From Octopus vulgaris (taxonomy: Eukaryota): a stretch of 64,000 nucleotides of DNA. Positions 28,045 through 42,857 of the stretch are shown piece after piece; position 1 is the stretch's first letter; the number at the start of each line of letters is the position of its first letter. Location of the stretch: contig OX597822.1 in assembly GCA_951406725.2 (NCBI GenBank), forward strand, positions 68,076,001 through 68,140,000, read 5' to 3'. The translations under genes and the position numbers were made by a program. The notes below the pieces were generated by a model, which was given only the letters and a program-made list of their open reading frames with translations, searched no databases and was not told where the DNA came from.

Positions 28045-28833
28045 TGAACCAATAATCAAAGGGCTCAGCCTTGATATATTGTGGCATGCTGGTTCGGCCT
28101 GAAAATTGTGGTTAGAATACACGAGCATGTGGAATTACATCCCGCCCGAGAATTACATTAAGGGTAAACGTGCCTTGTGATATAATTGAATGCGTATATA
28201 AATGGACGAAATATTTGATAATGTAACCATGGTACATTATGTCAGAAAATAAAGAAGGAATAGCCATGGTCGGACCACCTTCGAATGTAGATTAACTCGA
28301 TGAAGACCGGCTTGGGACGAAAGAACAATATCAACGACAACAAACCAACAACGCTTATGAGAACATGTTGCGCCCTCTGGGCAATGGATGTTAAATACGA
28401 GGGAGGAAACTATCCTTTCACAACACAAGGCATGATTAACAGATAAAATGATCTATACATAAAAACATTAACACATAAAAGGGTCAATACATGAAAAGGG
28501 TATAGCTAAAAAGGGACTGTAAGTAAAAAGAAAGGTATAGCTAAAATGAGTGTATGCACTGATTACTTATCGAAAAAAAATCTAGATCTAAAAAAAGTAG
28601 TCTTCCATATTTCATCAACGCCTTCTTCCCAGAAAGATAAATTACATTAACTTTCGAATTTATCTTTATCTCACCCTTTAAGTGTAAATCTTCCCTTTAC
28701 CCACAAATTCCTACCTCAGGACATCAATATTTTCATACCTAACATTAATCCATTCTCATCCACCACAAATAAATATATTTATATACATGTGCATATATAT
28801 ATATATATGTATGTATGCATGCATATGTATGTA

Positions 28834-28907
<74 letters not shown>

Positions 28908-29238
28908 TAATTTAGCCCACAGGTTCCCCCCACCCATTATTCGAGTTTCTCAATCCTTCCATCGTCCATTATCACTTCCTGCTCAAACTTATACCCAGCC
29001 GTCCTCCAAACCCTTAACTGTCACTCCCACCTTCACCCCAACCCCCCCAATAAACCCCTATCTTATCCAAAGGTTCCTATTAACCCCGCCCGTTGTCATT
29101 TTCAATCCCGCAATCGCCTGTTCTGATCCGCATACCTCCAGAAACTTAATCTGACCCATACTCAAGATATTAATAACACATACAGCCACTTACCTACGCT
29201 TTCTCCACTGGCCTACCATTCCTTCACAGCATCCTTCA

Positions 29239-29287
<49 letters not shown>

Positions 29288-30365
29288 GTCACTCTCTCTC
29301 CCTCTCTCCCTCTCTCACTCTCACACACACAAGTACACACACATATACTTACATACAGACAGATAGGAATAGACATACGTACGTACGTACATACATACAC
29401 ATATACATAGATTCATTCAGACATAGGAACATACATACAGTCAAAAAGACGTACATACATACATACGTACTCACATACATACATACATACATACATACAT
29501 GCACATGCACATACATACATACATACATACATACATACATACATACATACATACATACGTACTCACATACATACATACATACATACATACATACATACAC
29601 ATACATACATACATACGTACTCACATACATACATACATACATACATACATACATAAACACATACATACATACGTACTCACATACATACATACATACATGC
29701 ATGCATACATACGTACATACATACACGCATACATACATGCATACATACACACATACACTCACACACTCACTCACACGCGCAGACTCACACGCGCAGACTC
29801 ACACGGGCTCACACACGAAAACCGACACACGCAAACCCACAGAAACTGTTCGTTTCCTCCAAACAAGAACCCTAATCACATGCTACAACACCTTTATTTC
29901 ACCAACAGAGACCCCTATCCCCACCCACCCGCCCGCCCACCAAACGCAATAACATAATCACAGCCACAACCACCACCACAACCACCACCAATACCTTACA
30001 GTGTTCCCTCCCACCACAGATATTATCTACAGCATATACCGTATTCTGCTCCATGCACAACATCTGTTCTCAAACCAGCTGCCATTAGCTTATCTGGACG
30101 CTACCTTAAAATTTAGCCAATGAACAAGTAAGCCCCTAAGGAGGTTATGGAAATCCTTTTTCGTCACCGCCATCGCCGCCGTCCACGTTACACTGCCATG
30201 CTTGTCTTGCATCGTGGACGTGACCAGACTTCTTGTCCAGAACGCAGAATTCTTCCACTGGTCATTCTCGACACTGACAGATTGTTATATAAGGCTCTGC
30301 TGTATGTATGTGTGTGTATATATGTATATATGTGTGCGCGTGTGTGTGTGTATGTGTATGTGTGA

Positions 30366-30404
<39 letters not shown>

Positions 30405-30432
30405 TATACACACACATATATATGTGCATGTA

Positions 30433-30472
<40 letters not shown>

Positions 30473-30536
30473 TACACATATATATATATATGTGCATGTA
30501 TATATATATGTGTATATATATATGTGTGTATACATA

Positions 30537-30567
<31 letters not shown>

Positions 30568-30631
30568 ATGTATACACACAAATACGTAACTTATGTACAT
30601 ATACATACATACACATACCGACAAGTGCATT

Positions 30632-30697
<66 letters not shown>

Positions 30698-30876
30698 CAG
30701 ATAGATAGATGGGGTGGTGTATAAAAATGTACATATGAATGTGCGTTATAAATACATTAGGCAAATAGAAAGATTCAGACAGACAGGCTGAGCGAGGGAC
30801 TGATACACAAACTGTCAGAGAGAAAGATAGATAGGTAGAGAGAGAGAAAGACTGACAGACTGACAGACATATAGAC

Positions 30877-30907
<31 letters not shown>

Positions 30908-31137
30908 TAGATAGATAGGTACTATTTATGTGTTTCTACAGACATATGTATACGTATATACATCTAAGTGAAAGCGTGTCACGTGTATGCATGTGCGCGT
31001 GGCATGTGTCTGCTATCATATTCAACACTACATGCATGTGTATTTCTATACGACTATTTACGCATGCGTGCACATATATGTGCATATATATATATTGGTA
31101 CGCATGCGTGCAGAGATGTGCGTCTCTGTGCATATGT

Positions 31138-31180
<43 letters not shown>

Positions 31181-31869
31181 CAAAAGTATATGCATCTGTG
31201 TATGTATGTATGTATGTATGTATGCATGCATGCATGCATGTATGTATGTTCGTATGGTTGCAGATATGTGCTTCTTTGCATGGCCGTCTGTGAATGCCTG
31301 TGCTGTGTATATACAGGTAAATGCATCCAGTAAAAGAACCTACGTCTGCTCTCAACTTACAACGAATTGACAGCTATGCTATAATTATAAAACGAAAGCT
31401 AGAGTTGTTTATGGCAGATACTAAACTGGATTTTTACTGTCTGTTTTTCTTTTTGTTTTTGATGTTTTATTCTTGTTGTTGTTACTGTTGTTGTTCTTCT
31501 TATTTCTTCTTGTTTATTTGCTATTTTGTTGGCTTGCTTGTTTATTTCTTGTTTTTTTTTGTTTTTGTTGTTTTGCTTGCCCTAATATTGTCAGATGAGG
31601 TTGTCTCCTCGGAGGATTTCCCGTCTTATTTATTTAGTCATTACGACCTGTATTGATAGCCTTCATCCACCTCCGTGCTGGCAGTAGGGTTTTTGCATCA
31701 ACGTCCGCGCATGCGCACTTGCACACGTACACGCTTGTATGCATAAATCCATAGATAAATACAAACATACATTATGCACTCGCATGCTTTATACACACTC
31801 ACTATACACGCACATGCATTATACACACGCATGTATACACACACACACATATATATATATATATGCATA

Positions 31870-31918
<49 letters not shown>

Positions 31919-32054
31919 GTATGTATACGTACGTATGTATATATATATATATGCGCATATATATATTATGTATGTATATATATGTGTATATATACATACA
32001 CAAACACACACAGACATATATACACACATATGTATGCATATATTACACATATAT

Positions 32055-32212
32055 GGCGCAGTAGTGGCTGTGTGGTAAGAAGCTTGCTCCCGGGTTCAGT
32101 ACCACAGCGTGGTACCTTGGGTAAGTGTCTTCTACTATAGCCTCGGGCCGACCAAAGCCTTGTGACTGGATTATTTTAGAGAGAGAAACTGAAAGAAGCA
32201 CATCGTATATAT
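32055..32212 (+). mobile_element. SINE family B, 5' half
   Basis: GGCGCAGTAGTGGCTGTGTGGTAAGAAGCTTGC...GGGTTCAGT...ACCTTGGGTAAGTGTC. Confidence 0.85.
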
Positions 32213-32229
32213 AAAATTTTGCCCAGATT

Positions 32230-33240
32230 GATTGACCTCCGAGCATTCTCAGGATTGTTCAGTCACTCCACAGACACAGGATAGTCTCCTTCAATTTCAA
32301 TTGATATTCCTCGTAACTCTTCAGCATTTCCCAGTGGAATGAAACAGGGGTGCGTGCTCGCCTCTGAGTTGTTATATCTAAGAAACCTTTGAAGCATCAG
32401 ACCGCTTGTGATTATTTACCTTCGTACAAAATCAAACGGTAAACTGCTCGGTCTGTCATGATGGAAAGCGAAAACCAGAGTAAGCAAGATTCTCTTCATG
32501 GATATTCTGTTGCAGGTGACTCTGCAGATGAACACATTCAGAAGACTAACTGCAATGTCATTATCAGTCTCACAAATAATTTGGCTTCTCTACCAGTCTG
32601 AAGAAGACAAAAGTACTAGACTAAGGTATTGAATACTTTCCTACTGCCACCATTAATAATTGTGAATTGAAAGCAGTCCATGCCTTTACGTACCATAGAT
32701 TTACCATCACAGATGGCCTCTCTCTGGGTCTGAGATCGACAGACGTATTAAAGGAGCTGCCCCTACACTAGTTAGACTGACGATAAGAATCTGGGAGAAA
32801 AGGAAGCTAACAGCGACGACCTACAGAGGTTTCTTTCTCAGGGCAGTGTTTTATAAAGGTGTCATCTGAAGTATTTAGTCCAGACAAGAGCAGCATCTTA
32901 ATGACTTTTTCTTACGCAGCACGAGGCGGTTGCTGAACATCAAAGGATCTTGACGATTCACCAGCAATGACATCGAGGACTGCAAGCAGATCTCCAGCCT
33001 CCTCATCCTATTGTGGCAACATCTTTTGCTGGCCCATGCACTCTGCCTGTCAGTTGGAATAGTCCTAAAGACCTCCTCTAAAGTGAAGTGGTTTCTTGTA
33101 GAACACAATCACTATTCCGTCTTCGTTTCAACGTTGTCTTGAAGAGTGACAGGCGATCTCATGGAAAGAACGTTTAAATGGTGGGTGGGGATATTGCTGA
33201 TGATCGCACCCGCTACAGACCGGAGGCAGACAAGTTTTTA
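32230..33240 (+). pseudogene. Degenerate RTE (BovB-like) LINE reverse transcriptase remnant
   Basis: Frameshifted motifs GMKQGCVLA (~32336), IYLRTKSNGKLLGLS*WKAKTRV, a degenerate LFADD, FG..SLKKTKVL, FTY...TI and EIDRRI. Confidence 0.75.
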
Positions 33241-33578
33241 TAAGAACAAGAGCTTTTAATATATATATGCGCATGTTTGTATGTGTAAGGAGAAAAAGAC
33301 AGAGAGAGGTGAAATATCAGTCGCAGAAATATTTGCACACTCTATACCCTTGAACTGGGTACTTCTCACTCTTTTGTCATAAATATACCCACACTTTCAC
33401 ATATACATACACATACACATACACACACACACACGCACGCATGTATGCAGACTTCATATAGATATTAGGTAGATAGATTGATAGATGTACACACAGAGAC
33501 AGACACAGAAACATATATATATATATATATATACAAATATATGTGTGTGTGTGTGTTTGTGTAAATATATGTGTGTAT

Positions 33579-33623
<45 letters not shown>

Positions 33624-33648
33624 CAGAAAGATATATATATACATAAAG

Positions 33649-33721
<73 letters not shown>

Positions 33722-33828
33722 AAGATATAAATATACATAAAGATATATATATACACATATATATAAATATATATATATATATACACATTTATAATATATA
33801 TATATATACATAAATCTCTCTCTCTCTT

Positions 33829-33875
<47 letters not shown>

Positions 33876-34398
33876 GAGACAGAGATCCGTAAACTTGCTC
33901 GTACATTCTCTGTGCTAGACTAGAATTCAATTTGAAATATTACTTAACGGTTTTAACGTCGAGGAATTCTCCTCGGTCCCTCGTTGGGATATTTGCTAGC
34001 TACCTCATTCAGCTGTAGATAAAATATGGCGTCTACAACCTGACACAAGCTCAATGCATGACATCACAGCAAAGATAAAGTACACTCAAAAGACATTCTA
34101 TTGTTTGCGTTCACCTTTGAACTTGTGGAACACCAACGATGACAGTCTTCCATTTCAGTTAATCTGTATTTGTTGGTGAAATAAAGATAAATATAGACGT
34201 AGCGTAAATATTAAACTGATGGCGTAGTTTGCTCAGTATCTCTCGTCTCTTTGTCGCTTTCACTTCTCTCTCTCCCCTCCTCTCTCTCTCTCTCGCTCAG
34301 TATTCTCCCTCAAAATAGAAAAAAAGTCACAAGACTTTATTTCAGTACCTGTTCTATCCCTGTCATATATGATATATATAAATATATTATATGATATT

Positions 34399-34436
<38 letters not shown>

Positions 34437-34452
34437 GTGTGTGTATGTATGC

Positions 34453-34503
<51 letters not shown>

Positions 34504-35329
34504 GTGTGTGTGTATGTATATATATATGTATGTATATACACATGCATACACATACACATATTAGTGCTAACACGCTCTCTTAAAAATAGCGCATTTTGTT
34601 GTGATACCGTGGTTTATATATTGTGAGCTTGTTGTACATGTTGTTTGCTTAATTAGTGAAGACATTCATTACACTTTGTTGACTTGCAAGCTAAGCTACT
34701 TTGATACATTCTTCGAACTCGAGTGTCATTAGACATAAACATATTACAAACTCAATTACTTTTTATGTTTTATTTTGAACATACCACTTTCATAGTATAT
34801 TAGATCTCCCTTGATTCTATTAAGAATCATGTATATTATTATATGATATATTTTGCGTGTTCTCTCGTGGACCTAACAAAAGAAACTAACTTTAAAATAT
34901 CAGTGAGACTTTATTCCTTCATAAAGTGGTACAGTGGATCAAAGCAAGAAACATTATCAAATTTAGCGGTTGTTATCCAGCCATCATTTGGATAATTCAG
35001 CTGGGGTCGTCGTTGGTTGCATGAGCTCCGTTATATTAATTTTCCTCTGGTAAAAACCGCAGGAATCCACATAACTCGCCTTGCTGAAAAACTCTTACCC
35101 CCTCTGACTCGTAATTGATTGTAGCACCAAACACATACAGATTAGTTGTTTGAGAATGTATTACGCGCAACGTGATTGGACCTTCGATCCAAATCCCGTG
35201 CAACACTCAACCAGTCACAACACAGGACTCAACACATGTGAGTGTCCAAACACTCACACGGTAGGTATATTGGCCAATCACTACAGATTAATATGTTGGG
35301 CCTAGATATATGTGTTGAGCCTTGAAGGG

Positions 35330-35410
35330 TTTTAATCAAACAAATCGATCCCAGGACTTATTTCTTAACCCTCGTATCAGACAAAGACACACGTACACAG
35401 ACACACACAT

Positions 35411-35453
<43 letters not shown>

Positions 35454-35461
35454 CACACACG

Positions 35462-35518
<57 letters not shown>

Positions 35519-35677
35519 CGGACTTCTTTCTGTTTCTACCTACCAAATCCACTCACAAGGCGTTGGTCGGCTCGAAGCTATATTAAAAGACACTTGCCCA
35601 AAGTGCTACACAGTGGGACTGAAACCAGAACCATGTGGTTGGGAAGCAAGCTTCTTACAACACAACTACGCCTGCGC
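35330..35677 (-). mobile_element. SINE family B with expanded central (TA)n(TG)n
   Basis: CACTTGCCCAAAGTGC...GGGACTGAAAC...AAGCAAGCTTCTTAC...CGCCTGCGC. Confidence 0.8.
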
Positions 35678-35833
35678 TTCACAAAATAAACACAAATTAA
35701 TACTTGAGTCTCTGCGTCTGTGTTTGTCAAACATACCTCTCCCTACCGCTTGCCAACGGATGCTCATTTGTTCATGACCATGTAACTTAATAGTTCGACA
35801 AAAGAGATCGATACAATAAAAACCAGACTTTAA

Positions 35834-35914
<81 letters not shown>

Positions 35915-35919
35915 TTTAT

Positions 35920-36345
35920 AATTCAGTGCGTCCATGAGATAGAGAATAGGAAGCCAGACTAAGTGTTAATTGAGAAAGAAAGCAAACGATGCTGAATCAT
36001 TGATATAGCATGCCCACTTGACAACAGGGTATACGATAAGAAAGAAAGAAAAGTCGATAGATATGATAGATTAGCTTGGAAGGTTAAGCAGTTGTGGTCG
36101 ATAAAAATAATGGTAGTAGTACTAGTAATTATTGGAGCCCCGGGAACAGTGAGTAAAAATCTTGATAAGTACATGGAAAAGATAGGAGCGGCAATAAGGG
36201 TTGAGCACTTGCAGAAAACAGCACTGCTTGGAACCACTCGAATACTCTGGATAGTGCTCGAAAAATAAGGGGTGTTACCTTAGTTCACCGGTAGTGAACA
36301 GCTGGCGACGTAGTATATCTCCAGCGTTAGACGTTGTGCAAAGAC

Positions 36346-36346
<1 letters not shown>
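35920..36346 (+). mobile_element. R4/Dong-like LINE 3' fragment (RLE pseudogene) between (TAA)n arrays, nested in a SINE B tail
   Basis: Translates to KPD*VLIEKESKRC*IIDIACPLDNRV...KVDRYDRL...LW...VIIGAPGTV...EHLQKTALLGTTRIL. SINE B sequence is present on both sides (35745-35833 and 36438-36520). Confidence 0.85.
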
Positions 36347-36440
<94 letters not shown>

Positions 36441-36844
36441 GTACTAGTGTCGTTTTGTTCAGGCCGTGCCCGAACATGGCTGCAGTCCAAGGATTGAATC
36501 AAGTAAACGTTAAAAGATAAAAAAAAAACATTTCTCTGCCAAATTTTGAAGGGTGAGATGTAAAAGAGTATGTAATTCTTTGTCTGTGACCATTACTATT
36601 GTTTCTTTCAAAATCTTTGGCAGCCGTCAAGTTCTTCAATGACTCTTATATTCGCTTACTAATTTCGGTCGCAGAGCTGCATCGCTGTCGTGCTGCAGCG
36701 CTACCTTCGAGGGTTTTAGTCTCGATCAAATCGCACTCAACATTTATATTAAGATAAGAAGTATAAGCAAACACCAACCGATGGTTAAGTGGTGAGAAAC
36801 GAGTACAAAGATGCACACGTCTTTTCACACATAGACATAAATCT

Positions 36845-37435
36845 TTCTCCGTCTCTTCTCCCTTTCGTTCTCTCCCCTTCTCTCTTTCTGTCTCCTCTCC
36901 TTTCTCTCCCCTCTCTCCTCCCATCTCTCTCCTTACTCTCTCTCTCTCTCTCTTCTCCTCTCTCATCCCCTTCTCTCATACCCTTCTCTCTCGTACCCCT
37001 CTCTCTCTCATACCCCTCTGGCTCATACCCATCTCTCTCCTACCCCTCTTTTTCAACCTCTCTCTTCCACTCACCATCTCTCCCACCCCCTCTCTCATAC
37101 CCTCTCTCTCATACCTCTCTCATACCCTCTCTCTCATACCTCCCTCTCTCATACCCTTTCTCTCATACCCTTTTCCCTCTCATACCCCTCTCTCTCTCTC
37201 TCATACCCCTCTCGCTCATACCCATCTCTCTCTTACCCCTCTTTTTCCACCTCTCTCCTAACCCACCCTCTCTCCCACCCCCTCTCTCATACCCTCTCTC
37301 TCATACCTCCCTCTTTCATACCCTTTCTCTCATACCCCCCTCTCTCTCACACCCCTCTTTTCCATCCCTCTCTCATACTCCTCTCTCTCTCTCTCTGCCC
37401 CTCCCCTCTCTCATGCTCCTCCCCTCTCTCTCCTA
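36845..37435. repeat. Polypyrimidine tract with CTCATACCC units and an internal ~185-bp duplication
   Basis: Directly visible. CCCACCCCCTCTCTCATACCCTCTCTCTCATACCTC occurs at about 37082 and 37274. Confidence 0.85.
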
Positions 37436-38629
37436 TTTGTGTGTGTGTGTAAGTGCAGTGTTGCTCATTGGTTAAAAAGTTAGTTTCGTACCCTCGAAGA
37501 CTTCAGTTCAACCCACGGCATGGTGTGTTGGGCAAATGGCATTTTTGTTACCTCGAGTCGACCTATTCCCTGGTGAGTAAAAAATAAAGTAGACTGCAGG
37601 GAATCCAGTCGAATGGACTCTGCCTGTTTTTGTCTATCAAACTCACTCGCAAGGGGCTGGGTTGCACGGGTCTATAGTTGAAGACAAATGTACGAGGGTG
37701 TTGAACCCAAAACCCACACTTATAAAATAAACTTCTTAGCCACACAACCATGCTGGCAACAGGACCTACAAGCGAAGCCGATGTTCCAGGAAATTAGAAG
37801 ACGACCTGGGAGGCCAACTTGTCCTCGACAGGGGTTGAATAGAGAAAGCTTATTCACTCATTTATATCATGTTCTGTTAAAATTTTATGCGTCATGTGGT
37901 TGGGAGACATTGCTTTTTACTATAATAATCTATTTTGTATTTTTCTTTTGGATAGAAAACAAATCAGTGAAGGATCGCCAGTATAAAAGACAACTTGACA
38001 TTCATACAAAACGACAACAGCGGAAGAATGCCAATGGATTTAACGTTATTCGCTTAACTGCAGAGTTCTGTCCCTTTATCGCTCTTTTGCTTATCATGCG
38101 GTGTTGTTTCAAAAAGCTATTAATTCGATTTTCTTCTTTTCCAAATTTTTCTCCGCGTATGAGCTGGGTTATCGAGGTTTTAAGAAAAATACGGACATTT
38201 CTTAATAAGGATTCACCTATCCCTAGGAATAATATGCTTCTTTTTCCTATTATTTGGATGACTGAGAGAGCGAGAGGATCGACAGCTGTCACGATTTTCG
38301 TACAGAAATTCAGACATTCAAATTTCTTTCCTAGATTGAATTGTCCGAAATTAGTTTTCGCAGGTGAGAGCCGATTGCGATTCATTCAGCTTTGTGAAGG
38401 TCACTTTCTGAGAATAGAAATTTGTACGTATTGGGGTTCTGGCTGAGAGAGTTTTTTTTTTTCCTTGTTCATTGTATATTTATATATTTATATGTGCCGC
38501 TGTATGTGTGTGTGCATGTAAGTGAATGTATGCATGTATGTTTGTATATATGTATGTATATATATATAGATAAGTGTACATATATGTGTGTGTGTGTGTG
38601 TGTATGTATATATATATATATATATATAG

Positions 38630-38660
<31 letters not shown>

Positions 38661-39686
38661 GATAGATTGATAGATAGATAGATATGTGTACATATATGTG
38701 TGTATACATATATATATAAATATAATTATGGCTGTTGACCATTCAACATACTACTGTCATTCTTCTTCTCCTCTTCTTCTTCTTCTCCTTCTCCTCCCCC
38801 TTCTTCCCTACCAAGAATTCACAACGACCTCGACCCACAAGAGTAAACAAGAAACAGAGAGAAACAAGGAAAATGCCACTTGCATTTGAACACTATGCAA
38901 ATATTCTTTTAAAAAAAAACTTTTCTTTTAACTTTTCCAAAATTCATTTGTTTTCCGTACTTACAGTTGTAAAAGTCTCAATAAATGAAAACGGTACTGA
39001 AATGTTTTTTATAAAATTATTTTTGCATTTTCTATCTTGGCTTTTTTCCATACATACATGTATGTATGTATGTATGTATGTATGTATGTATGTATGTATG
39101 TATGTATGTATGTATGTATGCATGTATGCATGTATGTATGTATATATGTTTGTTTGTATGTATGTATGTATGTATGTATGTATGTATGCATGTATGTCCA
39201 TATCTATGTATGTACAGAGTAAGCACATAAATGCGCAACAAGGTGGAAAAAATAGTACTCGAATACCAGAGGTAGAGTAATGCGCTTTATTAAAAAGCAG
39301 CAAAAACATCACAAAAACTGTTACTCAGAGTTTCACGTTCCTGTTCGTCTTGCGACGAACGGAAACGTGTATGTATTATGTACGTATGTGTGTATGTGTA
39401 CACACATACATTGCATACACATATATAAACAACTGCGTACATGCACGCAGAGAGTGAATGTGAGAGAGAGTGAAAGTGAAAGAGAGGGTGGGGAGAAAGA
39501 ACGGGATGAACCAGACTGGTTTCATATTTTCCTCTTAGAATTATTGAAACATATGATGGCTGAGAACCTATAAAATATGAAGCTTATAATTTCGGTGTAA
39601 AATTAAGTATATTATCTATTCTATATCCTTGTACCTTATTCTATATATCACTGGATTGTTTGCACTGTATCTTATTTTCCCAATCT

Positions 39687-39746
<60 letters not shown>

Positions 39747-40139
39747 TGAAAGAGAGAGAGAGGGGGAGAAAAATGGGGATAGAGAGGTAGATGGATGGAT
39801 CGATGAATATATAGATGCATAGATAGGTAGGTAGATGGATAGAGAGATAGCTATAAATACGCATATCCATAGTTATATGTATATGTATATATACGTATGT
39901 ATGTATATATACGTATGTTTTATCAAACGCTCTAACAACACTACCAACTCGCTGGTATTCTTTAGTGCTAGGTTGGTGATATCAAAACATATGCGATGGA
40001 AGTGTGACCTGTCAGAAAGAACTCAATACGTTGCTAAAGAGTGAGGGATTAAAGAAAAGCAGAAGATTATTTTATTGAAAGGGACATCGGGATATTTGAT
40101 CATTCCAAGACTAGAGAAAAGTATCTCTCATCTGTTATC

Positions 40140-40537
40140 TTTTTGTTGTTTTAGTCATTGAACTGTGGCCATGTCTTACAGCATCTTATTCGAACAATCT
40201 TCTCTCCAGGGCGTATTTTTAAACCTGGTAATTATTACTTGTTCTGTTGTCGCTTTTGTCGAACCGTTATATTGCAGAGACGTAAACAAACCAGCACCTG
40301 CTGTCAAGCAGTGGGGTGGAACAGATGAAGACACAAAGATGCGAGCACACACACACACACACACGAATATATACGATAGGCTTCTACACAGTTTCCATCA
40401 GACAAATTCCCAGCCATTATTTGGCCCGAGGGTATTGTAGGAGACGCTTGCCTTCCAAAATACCGCAGAATAGGACTGAACCCAAAACCAAATGATAACA
40501 AATCGAGCTTCTTAACCACACAGCCTTGCCTGCGCCT
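40140..40537 (-). mobile_element. SINE family B, near full-length, diverged
   Basis: Tail, central CA repeat and head (CTTCTTAACCACACAGCC..GCCTGCGCC) are all present in reverse. Confidence 0.8.
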
Positions 40538-41571
40538 GTATTAGAAGAAATTAAGAGAAGTTTATATCCGATACAAAAGATCAATGGCGGACATAGAGTA
40601 AGAAAAAAAATATATAACAAAAAGAAAAAGATAAGCGAAAGTAAAAACACTGATTGGTCAATTCACCAGAGAATTTTTTTTTTTTTTTAATTTAGAAAAT
40701 CAATCATTGTCCTCTTTCTGTACAACTCCCAATTTTTCATCAAGCTATTGCCTAACACTTATGTCCTTCCCTTCATACGCCCATCCATCCTTAACCATAC
40801 CATTATCCATCTTGATACACTTCCACCATACATTCCTTTGTCGTTCATCTTAGCACTCAGCATCACCCATCATCATACTCTTATCTCATACATTTCCTCA
40901 CTCTTATATCATTTCCTAATCCCCACATCCTTTCCCTCTCTATAACTCTTTATTCTTTATCTCCCCCATATCTCTTCTTCCCCACCAACGAACACCACAT
41001 TAACGGCCACCGTCCAATATATCCCTGACATTGATAACTTAATGACCTGACAGATTACTTATTAAAGATATATAAAGATACTTCGTAAAAATAGCTGTTA
41101 GGGTTGTCACTGACCTTTAAATGGGTTTTTGTTATTGTTCATGATCAATGGCGATTAAACAGACCTATGATCAAAAAGTACTGCACCAGTGATTATCCCA
41201 TCCTTTTTCAGATGTAGTGTATCTTGATCTAGATCTATATTCGCAAACATGCCGTTCTTTTCTTAAGACGGCCAAGTGTAAATTAAAGGAGATTTAACTG
41301 CGTTTTCTTAAATCTTGGTCGACCGCATTGAGGTTTCCGCGTTGGCTTTACATTTCTTTGTAACACACTAGTGATCTTTTACTCCTGATAATTCTGCTAA
41401 GAGCGAAGACATCCACCTTGTCATCGAAAGATCCTCTTGTTTCTTCTAGAAGAATATTTCAATAAAGTCCTTCACTCTGTACTAACGTATTGAGTTCTTT
41501 CTGCACATTTCCATCGCATAAGTTTTGACATCATCGACCTAGCACAACTGTTCCATATATATGGTTGTACT

Positions 41572-41800
41572 GCAAGCTGGCAGTAGCACGTTAGCACGCC
41601 GGGCGAAATGCTTAGCAGTATTTCGTCTGCTGTTACGTTCTGAGTTCAAATTCCTCCGAGGTCGACTTTGTCTTTCATCCTTTCGAGGTCGATTAAATAA
41701 GTACCAGTTACGCACTGAGGTCGATATAATCGACTTAATCCCTATATATGTCCTTGTTTGTCCCCTCTATGTTTTTAGCCCCTTGTGGGCAATAAAAAAA
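41572..41800 (+). mobile_element. SINE family A with alternative tail
   Basis: Head and Nin/Deu domain followed by GTCCTTGTTTGTCCCCTCTATGTTTTTAGCCCCTTGTGGGCAATAAA. The same tail occurs at 1-32 and 50875-50940. Confidence 0.85.
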
Positions 41801-41837
41801 AAATTTTTTAATATAAATATATGGTTGTACTTGTGAA

Positions 41838-42140
41838 GTTGCGCGACTTAGTGGTTATAGCTATTCGGCTCTCGATCCTGAGGTTGTTAGTTCGATTCCC
41901 GGAGTGGCATAATCCTTCGGCAAGGCACTTTAATTCAGGTTACTCCAGTCCACTCAACTGACAAAAACGTGCTGTGCCTATAATTCAAAGGGGCCAACCT
42001 CGTCCCATCCTGTGTCACACTGAATTTCCCTAAGACCTACTTTAAGGGCACGCGAGTCTATGGAGTGCTCGGCCACTTGCACGTTAAGTTCATGAGCAGA
42101 ACAACTGGAATCTTTGTCGTCGTAACCGATGGAATGCCAG
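41838..42140 (+). mobile_element. tRNA-derived SINE family C
   Basis: A box (GACTTAGTGG), B box GTTCGATTCC and CCTTCGGCAAGGCACTTT. Matches 63318-63600. Confidence 0.75.
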
Positions 42141-42672
42141 CCTGATATGCTTCCGTACGACTGTACTGTGTACTTCAATGCTCGGTTATCAAACATAAGA
42201 ACCACTTCATTGTCTATATCATATTCTTCACCTCACTATTTACCTTCAACTCAGACATACATTCCCTAATGATTCCTTCTCCCTTTGCTTTTAAAGATTT
42301 TATTTTCAAACAGCCACAACGCTTTCTACAAAGCTTGGATATGAAAAAGAAATGCCAAACTTAAACGTTTATTATATGGTTTATATAGTATATTTGATAT
42401 ATTTTGAACATTTAAATACTGACAAATCCCACTTTCTGCATTTACTCAGAAATAAGAACTGGACGCAAACGGACTCACAAGTATCATATCAGAGTTTCCT
42501 TCACTTACAGAGAATAACGGTCTCTCACTTGAAAAGAAAGGAGGATTCCGTTCAGCAGATAGATAGATAGATAGATGAATGGATGGCTGGATGGATAGAT
42601 AGACGGATGGATGAATAGATGGATGGATCGATGGACACACATAACCGCATACGTGCGTATCCACACACACAA

Positions 42673-42728
<56 letters not shown>

Positions 42729-42857
42729 TCAGTGGCCTAGCAACAAAATTTGCTAAGGGGGTGCAAACCCAGGTCCCAATTTTTTAATGAAAAATGTGAA
42801 TTTTTCCATTGTTAACATTAAAACAAGTGCAGGTATAATAATAAATTTTATTATTAT

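Noticed and set aside
30147-30295. GC-richer stretch with open frames, possible exon
   Set aside because: No pyrimidine tract/donor pair or recognisable protein motif. It more likely is a decayed repeat tail.
37688-38446. 252-aa (+) and 127-aa (-) ORFs in non-microsatellite sequence
   Set aside because: No recognisable domain or splice signals, and the + ORF starts inside a SINE fragment. Left unassigned; a translated search would be needed.
39315-39370. Small hairpin with GACGAA...GTGAAAC resembling a hammerhead; similar weak cases at 21563-21615 and 59850-59915
   Set aside because: Core or stems are incomplete, so a full hammerhead fold cannot be drawn from these copies.
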